NCBI RefSeq assembly: GCF_009914755.1
Contig: NC_060934.1
Length of the DNA stretch: 64,000 bases
Direction: 5' to 3' (one strand)
Source: the human T2T-CHM13v2.0 reference genome, Homo sapiens
Within the stretch, counting starts at the first letter, position 1, and each line of letters opens with the position of its first letter. The notes beneath the pieces are model-generated. The model was not told the DNA's origin and did no database searches. It saw only the letters and a list, made by a program, of their open reading frames with translations. Shown one piece after another: positions 54,261-64,000 of the stretch. Both the position numbers and the translations under genes were made by a program.

Positions 54261-57245
54261 GAGAGTCTCAGGGTTGGGGGAAGGTAGGGGTGAGGAGGAA
54301 AGGGACCATTGAAGAACGTTACCTTACAAGCCCTTCCTCCTCCTCTTCCTCTTCCCTCCACATAAGGTGTCTCTGTATGGAGCTAAAACAGGAACCTCCC
54401 TATAGGTTAGATGTGGGGCTTTAGACCCAGGAAAGGCTCTGGCTGGGACATTCCAGGTTCTAGTACTTAAAGTCCCAAACTCCAGGAAATCCCTCAGTCT
54501 TGGGCAGCCTGGGCTGGTTGGTCACCCTTGTTGCACCTTGGGTCTGTCTTTTGTACTCCATCAAATAGAAACTTGGGCTTGCAGGGACCTTAGAGACCAT
54601 CTTGTCTAAGCCTCATGCCAGGCTGAACCCTCTCCCGTTGTGGTTTTCTCATCTCTGCTTTTATATATCCAGGGATCAGAAGCTCCCAACTGTCTCAGAC
54701 AGCCCCTGCTGTCTCGGCAGCTCTGACTCTGAGCAAGACAGAGAGATGAGTTGAGGAGCAAGGATCCTGTAGGGGAAGAACCTGAACTCTGATCCTGGCT
54801 TTTCAGTTCACCAGCTGGGTGGTCCTGGCTGAGTTCCCATATCCCACACAAACGGTACACAGACCTCAACCCCCTGCCACCCCTGCCTCCTGTTAGGTGT
54901 GGTGGGCCCTGAATCTGTGTGCTGAGCACCTTTGCTGGCAGCCTTGTGGAGCTCTGAGCTTGTCAAAGCCCCATTTGAAACTTCAGGTCTGCATGGCTCT
55001 CATTCTCAACGTGCCAAGCTTGATTCATACCTGAAGGACCTCCACTTCAAATTTGGATGGAAGGTCACATTGTGGGACTTCCTGAGAGCTAAATAATACT
55101 CCCCAGAAGGCAGGGGGCAAGTCTTCATTCTTAGGAAGCAGGAGCCAGACACATCAGTTCCTGCTGCTTCCCCCCTTCCATGGAGTGGGGCATGACTGGC
55201 AACAAATGGGTATATGGCATCTTTTTGGGGAGTGATGAAATATTCTTAAGTCAGATGTATTGATGGGTGCACAGCTCTGAATGTATTAAAACTACTGAAC
55301 TGTACACTTTTAATGAATGAATTTTATAGTATGTGAATTACATCTTAAAGCTGTTTAAAAAACAGTGACATAAATGACTTATGTTTTAAAGTACACATAT
55401 ATGTATACGCATATATGGTAAAATATATGTATACTGAAAGATACACTTAATGAAAGGCATATATGTGGGGGCCAGGGAGAGAGAGAGAAAAAGGAAATGA
55501 AGAACATACTACCAATTGTAAATAGAGATGAAGAACAACGTGTATATGTGTTACAGATGTTTCTTGTACTGTTTTTGTACTATTGTCTCAACTTTTCCAT
55601 ACGCGTTTTAATTTTTCAAAATAAAATGTTGGAGAAAATAAGCTTGCCATCCTTGGACTCAGGAAAATAACCACCCATTTGAGAGCCTACCAATGGCCCC
55701 TGCTTATTTGGCAAAGTCATCAGCTCTGCTTCTAACTGTTCAGTCTCCCACCCTGAGCTGCCTGTCTCCAGACCTCATAGTAAGAAAACTTGGGCTTTCA
55801 AAGCTTGGTCCTGCACACCTGCTGACAGACTCCTGGGAACCCTGGTTTCACTTTACTGAGGTAAGCAGTAACTTGATTTGCAGCCCTGAAGGTCCTTTCT
55901 CAGGTGTGCTGACTTAGTGCGAAGACACCCTCCATAGGAATTACCTGGGAGCAATTTTCTTATTATGCAGAGCCCAAGACTTCAGCCTGCACCTTCTGAA
56001 TTGGAACTTCAGACTGAGAAATTCTAGATGAATAGATGGGTCTCAATGTACTTTTCCATCTTCATTTCACTGTTGGTTTGGCAAATACATAGCAAAGGTT
56101 CCAGGTCAGAAAAGGCAGCAATGGGTGTGACTGACAGATGCAAAATGGAGTCAACCCAGGGAACAGACTCTGTAGATGTCCACAGCCAGTGTCACGTAGC
56201 CACCAGACATAGCAGGCCCTTGTCAGACAAGATTCCTCTCGACTACATCTCCTCCTGATAGAAGCGTCAGGAAGCCCTGGCATTGTCCCCCCAGCCTTCA
56301 AAGCACACCTGAGGAACAGTGAGAACAGCACACAGGCAACGCCTTCTGACTTTGGCCAAGAATGGTCCTGCGAGACATCATGGGTCACTGCTCGTGTTTC
56401 TTCCCACACATCCCTTGTCTGGCACCTGACATCAGGCGGATGACTCAGCTTCAGAGGCTAGAACAGGCCTCCAGCAGGAAGCAGGAAATCTGCAGAAAGG
56501 CTGCTTCACTAGCATCCTGGGGCTTGGGAAGGAGGTCAGCCCTATTTTTCACAAGCCTACCTCCAACTGTGAGTTTTATTAGTAACCCAAAATATTATAT
56601 GTGATTACCTGTGGGCCTTTGACAACAAGAGAGGGAAAGGTAACCTCATTAAGTCCTCTATCTTTAAATGTTTGAAAAATGTGACCCACTCAGAGGGATC
56701 TCAAATTCTGCTTCATTGAATAAGATGAATCTTGGCACGTAAAAAACACTTAAATCGCTTGACAAAGTTTTGCTTATTTGCTGTTGAACTATATATATTT
56801 TTAACAGCCAAGTAAAACCCCAAAGTGGTAATTGCCTTAAATCACCTTCATGAAAATGGGGAAAGAATCTTTCTGGTCTGAGTGAGGCTCTGCTCCTGGG
56901 GTTGAGGAAGATTTGAGGCTTTGCTTGAATAATTTTACCAAGTCTACTTGAAGTGGAAGATTTAAAAATTTCAGCAATTGTTAGTTTATTGGCATCATTA
57001 GATGAAACCCATTCAGCTGTTTGTTAGACGTTAGCTGACTTGTTCCCTGCTCTAAAATCTGTCAGGTGAGGCAGGCAACATTCTCCACTTGGTACTTTAC
57101 CAGGGTGGAGGCTTTGGTTGATGGCCCCCAGCAGGCTGGCTGTCTTGGAGGAGAGACCTCCAGAGTAGAGGCATGGGGTGCAATGCAGGCCACTGCCCCA
57201 TACTGAGGATTGACCAGGTCGATGGTGGCCTGAGTCCAGATCACA

Positions 57246-57353
57246 TCAAGTGATCCCCCTGCCCAGAATTTCAAGGCTGCAATGAGCTACAGTCATCCCA
57301 CTGCACTCCAGCCTGAGCAACAAAGTGAGACCATGACTCTGAAAAAAAAAAAA
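57246..57353 (+). mobile_element. Truncated old Alu (J right arm or FLAM-like) with an inverted 5' piece
   Basis: tcaagtgatccccctgcc (antisense Alu) joined to cccagaatttcaaggctgc...A12 (sense). Confidence 0.75.
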
Positions 57354-57680
57354 GCTTTTGATGGGGCTTTGCCTTTACTTTTTCTCTGGGAAATACTTGA
57401 ACAGTGACCCAAACTAATTCTTAAGAATTTGGAAAAGATCAGGAAATAGAAAGGAAGTTCATATTGATTGGTTTTCTACTGTTTTAAGCATTATATGTGC
57501 CATGTGCCAGTTTTTTCACATTTATTATCTAATTTTACTCTTCAAAACCATGTTATTGTTACCACTTTTCAGATAAAGAAAGTACAGCTTCAAAAATCTA
57601 AGCCATTTGTCCGATGCAGAACAGCATTTGACAACTATGGAGGTGACTCTGATGACCTGGCTCTACCTCAGCATGGGGCC

Positions 57681-57958
57681 CTGTGTCATTGATAAGTGTG
57701 GTATTAGCCGCCTGATTCGCTAACCCACAGTTCAGAGCAGGGGTGGGCCAGGCAGATATTAGAACAGAAATGAGGACCAAGACTTGCTTAAATAAGCAGG
57801 CAGCAAGCTCGGTGAGCAGACAGGATCCAGGTGACGCGGTGCAGTAATGTGGGGTTGTGGTCAGCACCATGGACAGCTCCCCTGTTGCTTCATATTGAGG
57901 AATAGGAAAGCGCCGCTATCTCCGGATCCTGGCTAGCTCCAGCCACTGCAGGTAACTG
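57681..57958 (+). promoter_or_regulatory. Candidate hematopoietic-type enhancer or promoter with splice donor
   Basis: TGATAA 57690, TGTGGT 57697 and 57856, TTAAATAA 57788, ATTGAGGAAT 57894, CTATCT 57916, TAACTG 57953; donor CAG|GTAACT at 57951/57952. Confidence 0.5.
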
Positions 57959-58824
57959 TCTTGAATGGGCTTAGAAACATGGTGATGTCTGCAGCGAAGG
58001 GCTGGCAGTGGATGTGGGCTCTGCCTGGGCGATTCGGGTCTCTGCGGGCTGGTGATGGAGATGTTCTTTCAGGTCTCTGTGCTTTTTCTCACTAGTGTCC
58101 ACTTTGTCCAGGGCCTAGATCGCCCCTGGGCTCAGGCAGAGATCCAACTGAGAGCCCCTTCGCCAAGATCTTAGCACACATAGTGTCAGGAGCTCCTGAA
58201 AAATGTTTAACATTGATAGAAAAAGTGGGATGAGTAACAAAAGAATCTTTAAATTCCCCAAATGGAAAAATGTCATCTGGCTACAGATCTTTAAACAATA
58301 TTTCTAAATCTCTGCTTCAAATACTCGCAAAGCCTGGAAAAGAAACAACCCGTCACAACAATATTGAGAACTAAGATTGATGTTATGTGAGGTAAGGCCA
58401 AAATCTGCCAGTATTTGTAAGGGATATGAAGCTTAAACAGCAAAACCTAACCAGGCTTTGTCCAGCTTTGTCCAGCAGAAAAGCAAATCTCTGGCATTTC
58501 CCAGGCTCACCTGGAAAGAGGTTGGTGGCTCACTGTGCAGCCCTGGGTTGCTCATTTCCAGGAAGTTTCCCATCCTCTTCCACTTTCCTCCCAGAATACA
58601 GAACTAGGGAAGAAACCCTTACATCAAGCAGAATTGATGCACATTTATCCCTGATGATGTGTTAAAACATATTTGCAGGCATCTGTGCCCCATGCATTTT
58701 TTTTTGCAGTAGCTCCATGAAGACACATTTAGAGCATATATAAGAGTTCTTCAGTTGCATAACAACATGAATGTACTTAATGCCACAGAACCTGAAAATG
58801 TACACTTAATAATAGTTAAGATTG

Positions 58825-59431
<607 letters not shown>

Positions 59432-59509
59432 GTGGTAAATTTTATGTTGTGTATATTTGATCACAATTTAAAACTACAAAAATTTTAAATAAAAGCAAAA
59501 AAAAAAGGA

Positions 59510-60347
59510 GTCCTTCAATTAGTTATTGCTGTGTAACAAGCCACCGCAAATTTTCATGGCTTAAAATAGCAACCATTTTATTGTTTGTGATTCTATGTTT
59601 GTGCAAGACTTGTGGGGAAGGTTCCTCTCTCCTGCACTTGGTACCAATAGGGCAGCTCACCTGCCACCAGAGAATCCAAGGTGACCTCACTTGCATGTGT
59701 AGGGCTTGTCTGGCTCTCGGACAGAAGGCTGTGGTTCTTTTTCATGTGGTCTCTCTCTATTCATGGACTCTCATCACTCAGCAGTCTAACCTGAACTTTT
59801 TTATACAAAAACTGGCTTTAAGAGGGCAAAAGTAGAAGCTGCCAGTCCTCTTAAAGTGTAGGACCTTGACTGGCATATTGTCACTCCTTCTACATCCTTT
59901 TAGTCAAAGCAAGTTACAAGAGCTGAAACTCAAGGTGAGAAGCAGGAAAGACTACAACCTTTGCTGGGAGGAGTCGCGCACCTGGAGGGGAGGAATTGTT
60001 GGTGGCAATTTTTTTTTTTTTTTTTTTTTTTTGAGACGGAGTTTTACTCTTGTTTCCCAGGCCAGAGTGCAATGGTGCATCTCAGCTCACTGCAACCACC
60101 GCCTCCCAGGTTCAAGCACTTCTCCTGCCTCAGCCTCCCAAGTAGCTGGAATTACAGACACCTGCCACCACGCCCAGCTAATTTTTTTGTATTTTTAGTA
60201 GAGACGGGGTTTTACTATGTTGGCCAGGCTGGTCTTGAACTGCTGAAATCAGGTGATCTGCCTGCCTCAGCCTCCCAAAGTGCTGAGATTATAGGTGTGA
60301 ACCACCATGCCTGGCCCAGTGGCAATTTTTTTTAGATGATCTCCACA
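59510..60347 (-). mobile_element. MLT1F/G-like LTR split by an Alu
   Basis: ttattgctgtgtaacaagccacc...tggcttaaaatagcaacc...tagtcaaagcaagttaca. Confidence 0.7.
60009..60316 (-). mobile_element. AluS
   Basis: Poly-T plus antisense dimer; TSD gtggcaattt. Confidence 0.9.
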
Positions 60348-61379
60348 ATGAATCTCATCATCCTCCTTCTTAGTCCTGTGCTGAAGTGGCAGGGTGAGCA
60401 AGGACCCCAATGTCAACTTTGGAATTGCATTTAGGGTATAATTCACCCCAGAAGGAAATTTCAATATGGGATCTCAGAGATGTACACATATGTGCACATA
60501 TAGATTAGGGTTTGGAAGAAGAAAGGGATCTTAAAGTTTATTTCTCCTTTTACATAAGAAGGAAAAAAGCCCACTTGTTACATGATTCACCATTATTTAG
60601 TAAGAGAATAAGAATAGATACTAGGCTGGCTATATCCCACTGCCCTCTACCAAACACACATACCACCCCCTCCCCACCGCCACACAAAGACTCACACAAT
60701 GGGGAGAGGGCTTTAGAGAGGTACATTTAGGTTATGGCATCACTTACAATTATTACAGAGCAAATTCATTGAATTTAAAATCTTAATGTGGCAAGTTAAT
60801 TTCCCATTCAATATTTAGCCAGAACTCCAGCTGGAAGCAAAGTCATCTTCCCCATAATTTCTCCTGTTGACTGAGCTGCGCACTGACAGGTGCTCTGAGC
60901 ATGCAGATTAAAGTTAGATGAGATTGGCTTCTGAGGCCAAGCATTTTCAGACAGACCTGAATGACTGCAACTATAGGCATTTTGGATTTTTTTCACTGCC
61001 TTATCTGGCCCTGTGAGCTTCCTGAAGAAAAAGCTTGGGCAAGTCATTTCTTGTAGATATCAGCATGGAAGAGAAGCAAGATGTGTCCTTGGCAGGGTCC
61101 CCCTGGAAAGGCTAGGACACCCTGGGGCTGCCTATCTCTGGACCAAGAAGTGATGCTGGGAGAGTGACCAGGACACACACAGCTAAATAATGCACTGTGC
61201 TCCCCTGATGCTGTTTAAGGACCCAGGAGCCAGCAGGGGCCACCACAGTTTGCACCCCAAAGCAGAACATATGAAAATGGTTAGGGGTCAGCAGGTCACA
61301 CTCAGCTATGCACACAAGTCATTGCCTTGCCCATCTCTTCTCCTACCACCCTATCTTCAGTAGCCCTCACTCAGAGTTT

Positions 61380-61562
61380 TATTGACATCACCCTGTTTAT
61401 ATCCCTCCTACATTGATTATATGTGATCAACTTGTTTATTTATTTGTTTCCTGTTTATAGTGAGGTTCACCCAAGGGGCTGCAGCTGACTTGTTCATGGC
61501 TGTGTCCCCAGTGCCCGGAACGTGGTGGGTATCCATTGTTTGTTGAAAAAATGAATTGAATA
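61380..61562 (+). mobile_element. L2 3' end
   Basis: gctgtgtccccagtgcccggaac...tgttgaaaaaatgaattgaat. Confidence 0.7.
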
Positions 61563-63820
61563 AAATTAAATTCCATGAACGTGTGACCCGGGGAAGGTCT
61601 GTTACAAAGTCACTGAAGGAGGAGAGTTTATGGGTCTTGGAAAGAGGAGACATGGGGTCAATCCTAGGCCTGCCATTTTGTGTGTGGCCTGTTCATTCAG
61701 GCAGGGATTTTAGAAAAGAGAATGAAGCTGAAAGGAGTTTATTGAATGGACATTTGGAATTTCACATACTTTTTGAAGGAAGAGGAGAACTGGCTTCTAG
61801 GAGCAATGCTGAAAATGACACTGAAGAACTGGCCTGATGAGAAACCACATCTGCGCTGGCATTTTCTTGCTGTTCTAATTGCAAAGCACTGACTTGTCCA
61901 CACAGTCATTCCCTTAAGCTTCTGTCACTTTCCCCATCCTCACAATGCATCTTGCAAGAAGCCACATTCCTCAGTCCAAACACATCCAATATACTCAATA
62001 GATGGAGCCCAGGTCCAAGCCTCCACCCAGCTACAGGGAGAGAGGAAACTGGAGTTGGTGGGAAGCAAGACTCAGAGGCGGAAAGTTGCCCAAACACAGG
62101 AAGACTGTTCAAAGGGTCCTGGTTGACCAGAAAACTTGACAATGGTTCATGACAGCAGCTTCTGTCTCAGTTTTTCATCTGCAACACAGGCCAGCCCTGC
62201 TACCTCCTCAGGTAGTTCTAAGAAATTGTAATGTAAATTGCTAGAGTGCTCAAATGGCTTCTGAAATGGCTCTCAGAATGCTGAGGTGGGAGCACTACTC
62301 TACTTTTTAGAAGAGAAGGAGGGAAAAGGGAGGAGGGGAGAAGGGGCTGGGGAGCCACAGCAGAAAGGCCTGAGGTCAGTGTGAGTATTGGAGCCACACT
62401 CCCTGTGCTGCTCCCGTCCTCTGACCTGTAGTCGCTATGGCCTCTCCTAACAGCAGAAGCAACACGTGCTGTTACATGGTGTTCGCACATTTCGGGGGCA
62501 GCCAGGCTTTTTGCATCCCAGCACATCCCTCATTTCAACTGATCCTAAGAAGGAGGAAATTATGTTCTTATTACACAGATGAGGGGTGCAGAGAGGCGTG
62601 AGAGCTCTCAGATATTTGGCAGTTTGGATACATTAAAACTGGCTTATCCCTTCTGGAAAAAAAAGGATGAATACAACTTTGGTGATAGTGGACCCTTGCA
62701 GAAGGCCTGCTAAGGTCAGAAAAAGAGGGATCTTTCCCTGCCTCTCTCGGAACCCATCCTGTCTCCATTCTCTATTGAGAAAGGCCAAAGCCATTGGCCA
62801 AGACAAAGAGGTCTGCCGGACCAGGGTTCTGGGGGTCAGAGGCTACAGCATGAAGACAAAGGTATTTGGACCCTCCCCGGTGTAAGCTCACCGGGAAGCA
62901 TTTCATCTCTTAGAACCGTCCCCCAGTTCTAGATTGTCCTTTATCTCCAGGGCCTCCTTTGGATTAGAAGCAGAAGCCCACCCCTTCCTCAGAAAGCCAG
63001 GAAGGGACTGGCTGGTGGCCCAGAGGAAAGGAGGCGCTACTCAAGTTGCTTAGGACAAGTAGAAGGGGTCCTTGCAACTCCAGTGACCCAGCCATTTTTG
63101 CTAGAGATGGGGACCAGAGAGGGACTGAGGACTGGACCTCAGCTGCAACAGGGTGACTTCTCTGAGGGGTGCTGTGCACTCCAAGGACAACAGAGATGCC
63201 TGAGGTTTCTTACGAGGGGACTATTTGTCAGATTCAGTGCTGGGCCCTTGCTTGGGCTTTTCTCATCTTAGCTCATCATCGAAGCTTCACGACTACCTGT
63301 AGGTCAGACGATCACTTTCATTTTAAAGATCAGAATCTGACACTCAGGAGACAGGGGCCATGCATGCCAGGAGCCACCCGGGCAGTAAGTGGCTGAGCAG
63401 GAATGGATGGCAAATGTGGCTGCTCCCAAGCTCATGACTCCCAGCCGCCATCCACTTCCTCCATTGATATTTTCCTGCGTCCTCAGCTCTGCCTCCACCT
63501 GCAGCTCAGTGCTCACTGTTGCTCCACCAGCTGCAATCTTAACTGTGCCCCAGCCACCAAGGCTGTCTCTGATGCAAGAGGGCACCGGCTGTGTCCTCTG
63601 GTTAATGCACTCTTGCCCCACCTGGGCCCTGGGACTCTCCTACCCCTACACCGTACAGATCTTGACATGTTAGTTGCCTGACACCTCAGTTCTCTTATCA
63701 GAAAATACTTAACCCAAAATGAGTAAGATGACGCGTGTGAAGCCCTTCTCCACTATCAGACACGCCATCAGTGCTCCATGCGTTCTGCTGCTGGTGTATT
63801 GTTGCTGTTTCTCTTAGCAG

Positions 63821-63958
63821 TTCTGTTTATCTGGCCTGTTTCAGCCTCACCAGCCAGAGGCAGATGTCAGAAAGCCCATCCCTACATCTCTAAGGCATGC
63901 GAGTGAACCGGGCAGCTGGGTGTTGTGAGGAAATCACATTTAAGCTTCTAGCTAATCT
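63821..63958 (+). other. Candidate 138-nt non-coding internal exon
   Basis: Pyrimidine tract plus TAGCAG acceptor (63815-63820) and GTAAGT donor (63959-63964); stop codons in all three forward frames. Confidence 0.35.
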
Positions 63959-64000
63959 GTAAGTTATAAAGGTTAGAAAATAAAGAGAAAGAGAAAGAAA

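Noticed and set aside
54047-54424. His/Ile- and Asp/Met-rich ORFs
   Set aside because: Derived from a degenerate (CAT)n microsatellite
57681-57958. Identification with a named hematopoietic enhancer (for example GATA2 distal or CEBPA downstream)
   Set aside because: Motif content is compatible, but I cannot match the sequence or neighbouring genes, so no locus name is assigned

Overview
Primate (most likely human) non-coding nuclear DNA, judged from 13 Alu copies of J, S and Y type embedded among MIR, L2, L1M, MaLR/ERVL/ERV1 LTRs and hAT/Tigger MITEs. I find no credible protein-coding exon, tRNA, rRNA or CRISPR array, and I cannot place the locus, so no gene symbols are given. The ORF track reflects GC-rich unique DNA, antisense Alus and low-complexity tracts. 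I found no evidence of a novel multi-gene system. The best leads are: (1) a perfect 31-bp/6-nt-loop hairpin at 18698-18765 inside an old MLT1 LTR, shaped like a young pre-miRNA; (2) a dense GATA/RUNX/C/EBP/MYB/ETS motif cluster at about 57.7-58.0 kb that ends in a splice donor, with a candidate 138-nt non-coding exon at 63821-63958; (3) identical 16-bp CTCF motifs in divergent orientation at about 2.0 and 16.2 kb; (4) a 710-bp polypurine tract containing a 20-bp VNTR; (5) several locally templated inversion or duplication scars. Repeat subfamily names come from recalled consensus sequences and need RepeatMasker/Dfam confirmation. Boundaries of old repeats are approximate.
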